Assembly (NCBI GenBank): GCA_029856155.1
Contig: JAHQWL010000034.1
Location: 1-47,248, forward strand
Origin: Promethearchaeia archaeon
GTDB taxonomy: Archaea > Asgardarchaeota > Lokiarchaeia > Sigyniarchaeales > SOKP01
DNA: 47,248 bases
Direction of reading: 5' to 3'
Part shown: in pieces, positions 29,701-38,683 of the stretch
Layout of the letters: each line of letters begins with the position of its first letter
How positions within the stretch are numbered: position 1 is the stretch's first letter
Made by a program: the position numbers and the translations under genes
Notes under the pieces: model-generated
What the model saw: the letters and a program-made list of their open reading frames with translations, nothing else
Told to the model about the DNA's origin: nothing
Databases searched by the model: none

Positions 29701-30419
29701 TATTAAACATTCTTTTTAATCCAAATTATAGAGAGCAAACTTCAGATGTGAAGCATTTTGAAATTGATGATTTAATAATTTCAGATTATTATAAACCAAA
29801 TTCTCCCTATTTTAAAGCTTTATTACATGTGTACAATTGGCATTCTATTGATATTAAGAAAAAAACCAATAACCTTAACAACTCAATTTTCGATGAGATT
29901 CAAGTTTTAATTAAAAATAAACTTATCTTTCCTTACATTACTCTAAAGAATTTGGATTTGAAGGAAACTATTCATATTATTTTATTAAATCTAAAAAAAG
30001 ATACAATTGATATACTCAAATACATATTTCAGTATTTTAATTTTGGTTATATTTACGAAATTGAAGGAGAATATTATATTCACGGATTTGATGAGAAAAA
30101 AAAAATCCATAATGGGTTAATGATTAGGTTATATTTTCCGGATTGCGAACTTGCTGAATTTTTAAGACTTTTCGAATATGTGTTTCAATACTTAAAAGTT
30201 GAAAAATATTTGATAATAACTGATTTGGTTAATAGTGAGTCTCTTATCAAATCAGTTTATGGAAATAACAATTTTCTTGAAAAATACAATCCATTGCAAA
30301 ATTTAATATGGAATGGAAAAACTGAAAAGTGGGAGAACCATAAATTATTTAGTAAGACTTTTGAGTATTTATACCCTGAATTATTTTACAAAGAAAAAGA
30401 AGATTTAATGCACGTATAA
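26772..30419 (+). CDS. Large protein with about four Lrp/AsnC-like (HTH/RAM-like) modules; putative regulator
   Basis: 1215 aa; recurring pattern like PTYYFDWKALNI..CYLKF...P...LSAYFVIP, IKFIPAFQNFGLGQYLLYI...LFIKYIFP and IFPYITLKNLDLKE..IIL...GLMIRLYFP, resembling the Lrp linker plus RAM fold. Confidence 0.6.
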   Translation: MVNLVNSPNLDSLKKSVIDDPIRINQVFLSLINELRAYLNLEVINRKVRIHIVDEIIKSIDFDSRLSSYGVFRFIKEGVYQIQLFRDYSKFFPFLLLQSAYLVFIPDNLKETNLINFAINQFVEIDLQEFTSINEWKSFIREKYLNYNFLVNQSDKFRFDKFLELEESQLIESPKQYFFEYIRRNLNLNYADNLHFTLGKIYEDFLFKSSKSLQDNEITETLKVLTKIFYSVKNCDTLEGFCNNFKSLKNQGVIDTDLSLRRFSKNLRWINKYSFITPTYYFDWKALNIALLTCYLKFNPLLEKAQIDKIINQMPFIIMPKLSVANFSIELSAYFVIPERYIEDLKYLLEKMEQNGYLIKKFCSLAKKYVFSLNLNYFRESYKNGQIINYNKKNYSNDYELEFIQEYSKNFNKANLKLLDFLILDRIRFFSYVGINFSRRREISNIIKSDYNNFFSGENGLTKELENSLEVLIKSPKLQEDFLNFLDRNQSFGFFYIKDELEKWVNYSQIIEKESKDTMNGFIKFKEFYEKEHTLQLIEEDAIFDIIDSNCYSFKNLFLNYLNSKKKYAKEVEKIRFFFQFLKLCSNLKIFNVKSIKKLISNLELLKEITQIKKERLRNLKKNNKCYEITNKTINLKINEFINDNPKIIKPYLIDSIWTNTISSYFPQLILKNSPEVQVILDKMKKWFPKIYFYETTDLFNKQEYVFLQFFIPNLKNNEKIIFISILSNIFNKDIISFNRYSWNGLLQTFSRKDFYDFNRKVFFYTKDLFEQYFLYIKGILGEELKSFKEKSVTSPNLWTIKKNMKNLLNKINRRIITEHVSFKTNDIQKLLSFHLNLEKYFRNKEEFEITIKENYFKQYVKSIKFIPAFQNFGLGQYLLYITPFNLEEIDFKMLFTNTFQKIKHIASIDSSNSLFIKYIFPFNEPNTSYLNWLRSKNKIREYCLLTIKSISQIFHFNHNLSSNGWYLDPNNFKTYILNILFNPNYREQTSDVKHFEIDDLIISDYYKPNSPYFKALLHVYNWHSIDIKKKTNNLNNSIFDEIQVLIKNKLIFPYITLKNLDLKETIHIILLNLKKDTIDILKYIFQYFNFGYIYEIEGEYYIHGFDEKKKIHNGLMIRLYFPDCELAEFLRLFEYVFQYLKVEKYLIITDLVNSESLIKSVYGNNNFLEKYNPLQNLIWNGKTEKWENHKLFSKTFEYLYPELFYKEKEDLMHV

Positions 30420-30663
30420 TCTATTTTTGGCGCAGGCAATATCATATTCCTTCTAGATTCATCATTTCCAGATATAAGAAACCTTTATCCTCCTTATCTC
30501 CTTTTTTGCCGAGATTTATAATGTTTAATTCTAAAATTTATTTTCGATAATATGAAAATATCACTATTACAATAAATCTTGTGTCTACTAGGATAATACA
30601 TCGTTTTTAAATTGATAAAATCACCCTATTATTAGGGATGTCTTTAATAAAAGGGAAAAAGTT

Positions 30664-31473
30664 ATGGAAGGAATAAGAATTATAAAACATAATAATATAG
30701 CTAAGGAAGATTTTATAAGACCTCTTTGTATTTTAGGAATGCCAGGAATTGCCGATGTTGGCAAATTTGCTTTAGATTCTCTTATCGGTCAGCTTGACGC
30801 TCAAAATTTAATTGATATTATTTTTGATGACTATCCCGCTGGGGCTATTGTTGATGATAGCTTATTATCTGCTCCTAAAGCTGAAATTCTATATTGGAAA
30901 GACCCAAATGAATTAAGAGATCTTATTTTAATAACTGCTGACGCCCAAAGTCTCACCCCAAAAGGCATATACAAAATATCGAATTTTCTAAGTGAAATAA
31001 TTAATCAGTATGGGATAAAATTAATAGTTACTCTAGGAGCATACCCCGTTAATAGTAGAAAAATCACGGGTAACCTACCTAGAATTTATCTTAGTTCAAC
31101 AAATCAAGAGTTATTAGACCATTATTTATTGGAAAATAATTGCCAAAAGATTCAAAAAGGGGTAATAATTGGTGCGAATGGTTTGATTCCGACACTGGCA
31201 AAAGCACGATTTAATATTGATGGACTAGTTTTTCTAGCAGAAACAGATAATATTGCCATGATAAATGAAGATATTACTGATTTGAAAGCATCAATAACTC
31301 TTTTAGAAATGCTTAAAAAATCCTTCACATTACCGATTAAAAAGAAATATTCCTTGGAAAATATAGAAGAAATTACAAAGAATCTTCAAATTAAAAGAGA
31401 TCAGTTAGAAAAAGATCTCGATTCACTCCAACTTGTTGATACTGAGGATAAACGAAAATCATTATACATATAA
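30664..31473 (+). CDS. PAC2-family proteasome assembly chaperone
   Basis: ILGMPGIADVGK, DLILITADAQ, IVTLGAY, IIGANGLI. Confidence 0.88.
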   Translation: MEGIRIIKHNNIAKEDFIRPLCILGMPGIADVGKFALDSLIGQLDAQNLIDIIFDDYPAGAIVDDSLLSAPKAEILYWKDPNELRDLILITADAQSLTPKGIYKISNFLSEIINQYGIKLIVTLGAYPVNSRKITGNLPRIYLSSTNQELLDHYLLENNCQKIQKGVIIGANGLIPTLAKARFNIDGLVFLAETDNIAMINEDITDLKASITLLEMLKKSFTLPIKKKYSLENIEEITKNLQIKRDQLEKDLDSLQLVDTEDKRKSLYI

Positions 31474-31572
31474 GGTCACTTTTTTTTTAATAATCTCTCC
31501 TTGATTATAAATTATTGATTCTTAAAGGAATTAAGCAAAAAGTATTTTAATCATTGAGAATTTAATATAACT

Positions 31573-31722
31573 ATGAAATATGTGTGTGCTCGGAAAAGTT
31601 GTGGGAAGGAAGTTAGCAAAAAAGAGTTAAGTGCGCTTCCAGGTATTAAATGTTCTCACTGTGGATTTCGTATCTTGTATAAGAAGCGCCCAGATGTTAT
31701 AAAACGAATTAAAGTACGTTAG
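31573..31722 (+). CDS. rpoP: DNA-directed RNA polymerase subunit P (Rpo12)
   Basis: Not in the ORF track (49 aa): MKYVCARKSCGKEV...IKCSHCGFRILYKKRPDVIKRIKVR. Confidence 0.95.
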   Translation: MKYVCARKSCGKEVSKKELSALPGIKCSHCGFRILYKKRPDVIKRIKVR

Positions 31723-31790
31723 GTCTAATTCTTTTTATTAAATTTATATAACTTCTCAATACTTTTTAAATTGAAAAGAAGAGAATTTTG

Positions 31791-32729
31791 TTAAACTTTT
31801 ATTTCAAATTTCAAATGATTAACTAGCTCTTTATATCGATTTCGGATTGTAGCTTCAGTAACTCCCGCTGCGATTGAAATTTCTTTCTGAGTGCGTCTTT
31901 CTCCTTCTTGAATCGCAGCAACGTATAACGCTGCACCTGCTAAACCTGTTGGAGCTTTTCCTGCTGTGATGCGATATTTGTTTGCAAGTTTTAAGATAGA
32001 AGCAGCTCGATTTTGAGTTTTTCCTGATAATTTTAATTCGGCGCAAAACCGTGGAATAAAAAATATGGGAGAGGATACTTGTATGTTTAATCTAAGTTCA
32101 TTTAAAATTAATCTATAACATCGAGCAACTTTCTTTTTATCTACTGAAGCAAATTCTATGAAATCATCTAGAGTTTTGGGTATACTATTTAATCTACAAG
32201 ACAAGTAAATAGACGCAATTAACACTGCTTCAATTGATCGACCTCTAATCAAATTTTTATTTGCCATTTTCCTATAAATATGTGCAGCAGATTCTTTTAA
32301 ATCTTTAGACAGATTCAATTGAGAAGAAAATCTGTCTAATTCATTCATTGCATATGCTAAATTTCTATCAATGGATTTATTAGTACGTGTTCTAACATGC
32401 CATTTCCTTAACCGATAAACTTCAGCTTTCATTTTAGGACTTAGGGTCTTTCCAAATGCATCTTTATTCTTCCACCCTATCATAGTGCTTAATCCTTTAT
32501 CATGAAGAGTCAGTGTTGTAGGGGCACCTACTCTTACTTTTTTATTTGCCTCTTCTGATGTGAAAGCTCGCCATTCGGGACCTGCATCTATAATTCTTTG
32601 ATTTAATACTAAACCACACACACCACAAACTATCTCACCACGAGAATCATCTGAGATTAAATTTTCATTACCACATTCTGGGCATAAATTAAAAGTTTTT
32701 TGAGGGAATGAAAGATCCAATAACGCCAA
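31791..32729 (-). CDS. tfb: Transcription initiation factor IIB (TFB)
   Basis: CPECG..CGVCG Zn ribbon, PEWRAF B-reader, cyclin repeats, RTQKEI...VTEATIRNRYKEL. Confidence 0.98.
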   Translation of the reverse strand: MALLDLSFPQKTFNLCPECGNENLISDDSRGEIVCGVCGLVLNQRIIDAGPEWRAFTSEEANKKVRVGAPTTLTLHDKGLSTMIGWKNKDAFGKTLSPKMKAEVYRLRKWHVRTRTNKSIDRNLAYAMNELDRFSSQLNLSKDLKESAAHIYRKMANKNLIRGRSIEAVLIASIYLSCRLNSIPKTLDDFIEFASVDKKKVARCYRLILNELRLNIQVSSPIFFIPRFCAELKLSGKTQNRAASILKLANKYRITAGKAPTGLAGAALYVAAIQEGERRTQKEISIAAGVTEATIRNRYKELVNHLKFEIKV

Positions 32730-32888
32730 CCCTTTAAAAATTCTCTTCTTTAATTTTCATAATTAATCTAGCACATTTAAATGTTTGCGTTTTGAGGATT
32801 TATCCATTAATAAGAAACTTAGTTTTTAATTTTTGATTTTCTTATTAGATCGAAAAATTTTAATAAGTTCATTGTTTCACTTAATATA

Positions 32889-33362
32889 ATGCGACATTAT
32901 TATAAAACACATGGAAAGCATTGTTATCTTCGCTCTTTTCAATCAAAATGTCCAAAGTGTAATGCTGATGTTTTATATTGGGAATGCACTCATGGAAGTA
33001 AAGTTTTCTTTGAATATCCCCCTTATGGAAAATTAGTGAGACATATTTGTCGGTATCATAAGGATTCATTTAATGTAAAGAAAAGATTTCACGTTATTGT
33101 TAAAAAACCAAAAGGACTGTTAGAAAATCAATCTCCAAGTTGTCCCATATGTGGGAAATTATTTAAAAATAGTATTAGTTTAGAAAATCATCTGGAAAAT
33201 TTAAAGAAAAATGATATTAATCATAAGCTTTTTTTTGAAAATAGAATTTCCTTTGAAAATGAATATAAAACAACTATAAATAAAGATTTGGGGCACATCA
33301 AATCCAGTGATCAATCGGAATTTGGTAAAATTAATTTAAAAAAAGAGAAAAAAATTGGTTAA
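32889..33362 (+). CDS. Zinc-finger protein (CPKC/CTHG plus a C2H2-like CPICGKLF...H)
   Basis: Cys/His motifs in a 157-aa ORF. Confidence 0.65.
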   Translation: MRHYYKTHGKHCYLRSFQSKCPKCNADVLYWECTHGSKVFFEYPPYGKLVRHICRYHKDSFNVKKRFHVIVKKPKGLLENQSPSCPICGKLFKNSISLENHLENLKKNDINHKLFFENRISFENEYKTTINKDLGHIKSSDQSEFGKINLKKEKKIG

Positions 33363-33476
33363 AATTATGTTATAGATAAATTTTTAATAAATTAGTATAT
33401 AATTATTTTATAACAAAACTTAATGATTTTAGATATTATTTTATTTTAAAATTACCAAAAGAGAGAGGAAAAAAAG

Positions 33477-34112
33477 ATGCCAGTAGATCCCGCAACCGCA
33501 GTTTATAATTTGATGCAATCCGATCCTAACATTATTGCCGCTGTAGTAATTAAAGGAAAAGATATTATTTATACAACAGATAATTGGGATATTAGCGGAG
33601 ATGTTGATAGAGTAGTGTCAAGTTGGACGGGTCAAAATGCTCAATTTTTAATGGTTTCTGGAGTAAAATATTCAGTATTGCAAATGGAGACTGAACGTTT
33701 AGTTGCTATTTCTTTAAAAGGCGAAGGAAGTATATGCGCAGCAAAAGATGAGGAGCATAAACTTATATGTTATCTTCAACCAGATGGAGATGCTCGTGGA
33801 GCGATAATGGATGTTCAAAGAACAGTAGGGTTTATGAGCACACAAGGACCATACATGGATGCGGGAGTTCAAATGGGACAGCAAACGACTCAAATGGGTG
33901 GTACTGCTTCTGCGGGAGTTACAGCTCCAGCAGGGACTGTTTCCAATGTGGATCCTCAGTTGAAAGGGGAAATACAATCGTTCTTAGACTGGATTAAAGA
34001 TACTGAAGGTTTAGCGGGTTATATAAATTATTATCTTCAACAAAACAATATTCAAATAATTTCTGAGTTATCAAAAATTTATAATGAGCTAAGACAGATT
34101 TTTGGTGTTTAA
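33477..34112 (+). CDS. Asgard profilin-like domain with low-complexity linker and C-terminal helical domain
   Basis: IIAAVVI..IIYTTDNW...VSGVKYSVLQ..ERLVAISLKGEGSICAAK..HKLICY matches the profilin strand pattern. Confidence 0.7.
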   Translation: MPVDPATAVYNLMQSDPNIIAAVVIKGKDIIYTTDNWDISGDVDRVVSSWTGQNAQFLMVSGVKYSVLQMETERLVAISLKGEGSICAAKDEEHKLICYLQPDGDARGAIMDVQRTVGFMSTQGPYMDAGVQMGQQTTQMGGTASAGVTAPAGTVSNVDPQLKGEIQSFLDWIKDTEGLAGYINYYLQQNNIQIISELSKIYNELRQIFGV

Positions 34113-34303
34113 GTAAAACATTAATCAATAAAAGTTCTCTTAATAATTGTTATTGAACAATATATTCGATACATAGTTTATACTTAAATTTTTATCCAGA
34201 TTTTTATAATGATAAATAGAAATGATATTTTCAATTTCAATAGATATAAATTTTTTAATATTAAAGGTAATCTTAATAATTAGACAACTCAAAATTTCAA
34301 CAA

Positions 34304-34807
34304 GTGAGATTTTTGGCTAAAAAGAAAATAATTAAGGAGAATAAACCGACGATTTTAAAAAAAACTAAGAGTAAGACTACGCGGGAGGAAATGAAAAAGA
34401 AAAAACCCGCAAAAAAACCATTAAAAAATGAAGAAGAATTAAAAACTGAATATTCCTCAAAGGTAGAGCTTGAATTAGATATCCCAATTGTTCCTGAAGC
34501 CCCTAAGAAAAAAGAGAAGTTAACATTTTCTACTTCTAATTTATCTACTGATGTATTAGAAAGAATAAAAAAAATTGAATCGCCTGATATCAAAGTAGTA
34601 TTAGTAAATTGTGAGAGATGTAAAGCTGTTATCCCCATTCCAATTCCAAAAAAGGCAGTATTGCAATCAGAATTACCCGTAGTTCCAATTAGTTATGTTC
34701 ATAAAAATCTACAGAAAAAAGATCAACATTGTTTAACAATCCATCTTGATCATGATTTTGATATTCGAAGACAGAGAATATCTGATGTAGTTATATCTTC
34801 TGATTAA
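34304..34807 (+). CDS. Hypothetical protein with Lys-rich N-terminus and a CxxC...H...H metal-binding domain
   Basis: CERC...PISYVH...HCLTIHLD. Confidence 0.65.
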   Translation: MRFLAKKKIIKENKPTILKKTKSKTTREEMKKKKPAKKPLKNEEELKTEYSSKVELELDIPIVPEAPKKKEKLTFSTSNLSTDVLERIKKIESPDIKVVLVNCERCKAVIPIPIPKKAVLQSELPVVPISYVHKNLQKKDQHCLTIHLDHDFDIRRQRISDVVISSD

Positions 34808-34821
34808 AATTTATTAAAATT

Positions 34822-35049
34822 TCATAAGATAAAAATAATTAAGAAAGCAATTAAAACAGGAATAAAACATAAACAGCATAAAAATCCATACCAGCTCTTT
34901 TTCCAATTAATATATGTATTAGGGTTCAAGATTACTTGACAATTAGGACAATATTTTTGTTTTTGATCAACAATTTGTACTCCACAATTATAACATATAT
35001 TTATTTTGCTATTGAATTTTTTATAGCTTTTACCCTCGATTTTTAACAC
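34822..35049 (-). CDS. Small zinc-ribbon membrane protein
   Basis: CYNCG...YCPNC plus a C-terminal TM segment. Confidence 0.65.
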   Translation of the reverse strand: MLKIEGKSYKKFNSKINICYNCGVQIVDQKQKYCPNCQVILNPNTYINWKKSWYGFLCCLCFIPVLIAFLIIFIL

Positions 35050-35210
35050 TTTAGACTTTCTTTAGAATTCAATTATTGAGATGATGAGATATTATTATTT
35101 GCTATCTAAATATAATTTTTAAATATAATTAAATAATATAAGCATTGTTATACTACAATATCAATTTTTAATTGTATAATTAAAATCTAAAATCACAATC
35201 ATTTATAAAA

Positions 35211-35576
35211 ATGAAGCCTTTAGCTGAAGATAATATAGAAATTGATGAAATTACAATATATTTAAACCTTTTTAAATTACATAAGAGTTTTCTATTATTA
35301 ATTTCTGATCAACCAAATATGGGGATAGGGAATATAACTTTAGGAAGTCCTCCAGCAATAAAAGGATTAAAATCATTAACAGCTTCTTATAATTTATTTG
35401 GTGTGAATAAAAAGTTGATGAGTACTATTATAGCTGAGAGAGCTTCAAATATCCTTAAGACACCAGTACTTCTTCTGTTGTTTTTAAAGAGTAAAAAGAG
35501 TGATGATGAAATATTAAAACCTTTAGTGAATTTTCTGAATAAAACTTTAAAAAAAGTACTTGAAAATTTGGAATAA
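35211..35576 (+). CDS. PAC4/PAC3-like proteasome assembly chaperone (tentative)
   Basis: SFLLLISD..GIGNITLGSP...LFG...STIIAERASNILKTPVLL resembles the PAC4/PAC3 fold. Confidence 0.55.
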   Translation: MKPLAEDNIEIDEITIYLNLFKLHKSFLLLISDQPNMGIGNITLGSPPAIKGLKSLTASYNLFGVNKKLMSTIIAERASNILKTPVLLLLFLKSKKSDDEILKPLVNFLNKTLKKVLENLE

Positions 35577-35739
35577 TGCAGGGAGTGGGATTCGAACCCA
35601 CGAAGAGCTATCTCACCGGATATCTCATTAGTTATTATGTTAATCAACGGATAATATAATAATCAGATCTTGAGTCCGGTTATTGAGGATTATTTTCCAA
35701 AAAAAGTCCGGCACCGTTGACCAACTTGGTTATCCCTGC
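35577..35739 (-). tRNA. tRNA-Leu (CAA) with two introns: 32/33 (35674-35705, 32 nt) and 37/38 (35622-35668, 47 nt)
   Basis: GCAGGGA/UCCCUGC-A acceptor; CCGGA-CU-CAA-GA-UCCGG after splicing; long variable arm; GUGGG-UUCGAAU-CCCAC; BHBs CCGG-ACU/CCGG-ACU and CUCA-AGA/UGAG-AUA. Confidence 0.92.
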
Positions 35740-35854
35740 TTGAAGAAATACTCATTATTTTATATATTCATTAAATAAAATTATTATTTTAATTTTTACT
35801 AAATATTATCATAATCAAAAAAAAGTAATAATAAGTGCTAAGTTCATATCTAAT

Positions 35855-36091
35855 TTACCCAAACAAACTTGGTACTATCATTATAAGCATCATTACAACT
35901 AACATCACAATCAAAAAAACGCATTGTAGTCTTCCTTTTTTCTTCTGTTTTCTCTCTTGGTTAAGATAATTATCCTTACAAGCTTGACTACAAAATTTTT
36001 TATCAGTGGGCATTGCTTTGCCACAAATTGGACAATGACTATGAGGTCCCCATTTTTTTTTTATTTGATCTTTCCATGAAGATTGAGACAT
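35855..36091 (-). CDS. DUF2116-family Zn-ribbon membrane protein
   Basis: PHSHCPICGKAMP..KKFCSQAC plus a C-terminal TM; sits next to pyrH as in other archaea. Confidence 0.85.
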   Translation of the reverse strand: MSQSSWKDQIKKKWGPHSHCPICGKAMPTDKKFCSQACKDNYLNQERKQKKKGRLQCVFLIVMLVVMMLIMIVPSLFG

Positions 36092-36165
36092 TTTTTAACT
36101 CGAGTTTAAGAGGGTTAATATAGGATAATAAAAATTAGAAGATTAAAATAATTTACCAAAGATTT

Positions 36166-36891
36166 TCATTCAGTTATCATAGTACAAGTTATGTCTTCTT
36201 CACCATTCCAATATTTTTCAAAATCCTTTAGATCTTTGCCAGAAATAATTCTTATATTAAGTTTACTTCTTTTTAATATTTGTAAAGAAACTGCATCAAA
36301 AATGCGATATTCCCCTGCTGCTGCTTGCTTATTTCCGGATGAATTAATTATAATTTCTTGTAAGTCAGTATAAGTCAAGTGTTTCAACAATTTAGCATCA
36401 TTAAATTTCTTTGGATCTTTATCATAAATACCTTCTACATCTGTAAGAATCACTAATTCCTCAGCTTTTATAAACTCGGCAACTTCGAGAGCAACTGAGG
36501 TTGTAGATTGTCCAGGCTGCAATCCTCCCATTGCAATAATTTTTCCAAAAAGCAATGCTGTAGAAAGTTCTTCTAATGATTTTGGAACTAAAGGATAAGC
36601 TAAATCTTGAAAAACGGATAAGAGCAATTTTGCATTTATACGAGAAATATCAATTCCAAATGTATCACATAATGCTTCATTGCTTTGAAAAGATCTTACT
36701 GCATTTATATATTCCCTAGCGATTTTGCCGCCGCCGCATATAATGACATGAGTTCCCGAATATTTAATCTTTTTAAAGATTTGGCAGAAATTATGAATCT
36801 TTTCCTTATCAATTTCTTTATCTTCAGTAAATAATAATGACCCCCCGATTTTTACGACAGTATTTTTAACTTTCATAATATTTTCATTCAA
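36166..36891 (-). CDS. pyrH: Uridylate kinase
   Basis: VVKIGGS, CGGGKIAR.YI, MGGLQPGQST, TDVEGIYDKDP. Confidence 0.95.
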   Translation of the reverse strand: MNENIMKVKNTVVKIGGSLLFTEDKEIDKEKIHNFCQIFKKIKYSGTHVIICGGGKIAREYINAVRSFQSNEALCDTFGIDISRINAKLLLSVFQDLAYPLVPKSLEELSTALLFGKIIAMGGLQPGQSTTSVALEVAEFIKAEELVILTDVEGIYDKDPKKFNDAKLLKHLTYTDLQEIIINSSGNKQAAAGEYRIFDAVSLQILKRSKLNIRIISGKDLKDFEKYWNGEEDITCTMITE

Positions 36892-36942
36892 ATTTTCTTT
36901 GTATTAATATATAGTTGATTTGGTAATTTAAGTTACTTTAGA

Positions 36943-37908
36943 ATGATATTTAATAAAATTAAAAAAATTGCAGTCGAAATTCCTCACAGAATATCTGGAT
37001 TTTTTGAAATAGTTGATCAAATTAACGGCGTAAAAATCAAAGATCCAGTAAGGATCGGATCCCGAGGTGCTGGTTTTTGTGTCAACGCAAAAGGTAAAAC
37101 AGAGATTGAAGCTCAATTTATTGATAAAAGTAATGATACCGAGACTGAGATTTATATTAATGACGAAAAATTAAATCAGAAGGCAGAAACGTCATATTTC
37201 ATTGTTGATTATTTGAAAAATTATATTAAAGAATCATATAAAATAAGAATTAATCATTTTTTTGAATTACCTGTTGGATGTGGTTATGGAGCTAGTGGTT
37301 CTGGGGCACTAGGAACCATATTTGGTTTAGATTATTTGTTTAATTTAAAATTACCATATCTAGAAAAGGGAAAGATTGCACATATTGCAGAAGTTGTAAA
37401 TCGAACAGGTTTAGGAACTGTGTGCGGTCAATTAAATGGAGGAATGGGAATCTTGAAAGCCCCGGGATTCCCTTGTGTATATGAGAGGATTAAAGTACCA
37501 CAAAATTTAAAAATTATATGTGGGTCATTTGGAGTTATTCATACAAAATCAATATTAACCGATCCTATCTTAAGTATAAAAATTAAAGAAGCGGGTAAAA
37601 AAGCCTTGAAGAGATTAAAAATAAATCCAAATATTAAAACATTTATTGATACTTCCTTAGAGTTCGTGAAAGAAACTGAAATTCTTGATATTTTAGATTT
37701 ATCAAAAACTAAAGAGTTAATTGATAACTTGAACAAATTAAGCATAATTGGTGCCAGTATGAACCAGTTAGGTCGTTCAGTTTATGCAATATGCAGAATA
37801 AAAAGAGAGAAAGAGGTTTTAAATGTTTTAGAATCCTATAAACCTGAAATTAAAGTTTTCATCACATCCATCCATGAAAATTCATCTATAAATTTGAAGA
37901 ATAAATGA
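36943..37908 (+). CDS. Pantoate kinase (GHMP family)
   Basis: PHRISGFF, GSRGAG, PVGCGYGASGS, AHIAEV..RTGLGTV, SMNQLG. Confidence 0.92.
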   Translation: MIFNKIKKIAVEIPHRISGFFEIVDQINGVKIKDPVRIGSRGAGFCVNAKGKTEIEAQFIDKSNDTETEIYINDEKLNQKAETSYFIVDYLKNYIKESYKIRINHFFELPVGCGYGASGSGALGTIFGLDYLFNLKLPYLEKGKIAHIAEVVNRTGLGTVCGQLNGGMGILKAPGFPCVYERIKVPQNLKIICGSFGVIHTKSILTDPILSIKIKEAGKKALKRLKINPNIKTFIDTSLEFVKETEILDILDLSKTKELIDNLNKLSIIGASMNQLGRSVYAICRIKREKEVLNVLESYKPEIKVFITSIHENSSINLKNK

Positions 37909-37948
37909 AATCCTTTTACTAAAATATCATAGCGCAAGATAAATTTTC

Positions 37949-38683
37949 CTATTTTTCATATAATTCAGTTTTTAACTCCTCAATAAGTTTTGCTTTAATT
38001 ATTCCGTTATTTCTATCATAACCTTCACATACTACAGTTCTTACTCCAATTATATCTGGTGAAATATCATTTATTAACTGAATATTTTTCATCCTTAAAT
38101 TCCCCGCTAGTGCTACTTCAAGATCATATTTATGTGCTTTATTTTTAAATTGAATTAATTGTTCAAAACTCAGAAAATCGAATAATCCCTTTTCATCTTT
38201 AATGAAAGTATCAAGCATAGCAATATCAGCCTTAGATTCTGACGCGATAGTAGGAATACTCATAAATTCTGGTGAGGATTCCATTCGTATGCGATCTGCG
38301 TATCCCGCAGCAACAATTTTTATATCTTCATTATATTCTCTTACTGCTTTAACAACCTTTCTCATTAAGTATATGGCATCTTTTGTGTTTTTAGGGCCTT
38401 TTAATCCAACCTTTATTATATCTGCCCCAGATACTGCTGCTCCTAAAGCGGCTAATGATGCTGAACCGGGTAGATTCGGAAAGTCTCCAATTGTAGCGCT
38501 TAATAATTGATGGCTCTTGTTGGGAATTAAAGCCTTCATTTGTTTAATAATCCAAGGAAAATTTGCTCCTAGAGACCCCTCCTCTGGATTTTTACAATCA
38601 ATATATTCTACTTGATTATCAATAACAATTTTTGCTTCTTCAATCGTTTTAGGACTAATTAAAAGTTTGATATTATGGGGCAT
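37949..38683 (-). CDS. mfnB: (5-formylfuran-3-yl)methyl phosphate synthase (methanofuran biosynthesis)
   Basis: LLISP, IDCKNPEEGSLGANFPW, SATIGD, IKVGL, MLDTFIKD, ALAG, DIIGVR. Confidence 0.95.
   Translation of the reverse strand: MPHNIKLLISPKTIEEAKIVIDNQVEYIDCKNPEEGSLGANFPWIIKQMKALIPNKSHQLLSATIGDFPNLPGSASLAALGAAVSGADIIKVGLKGPKNTKDAIYLMRKVVKAVREYNEDIKIVAAGYADRIRMESSPEFMSIPTIASESKADIAMLDTFIKDEKGLFDFLSFEQLIQFKNKAHKYDLEVALAGNLRMKNIQLINDISPDIIGVRTVVCEGYDRNNGIIKAKLIEELKTELYEK

Noticed and set aside
30420-30660. Possible structured ncRNA after the 1215-aa gene (TTTTGGCG...TGCCGAGA)
   Set aside because: Only a weak imperfect stem with no recognisable RNA family; cannot be supported.
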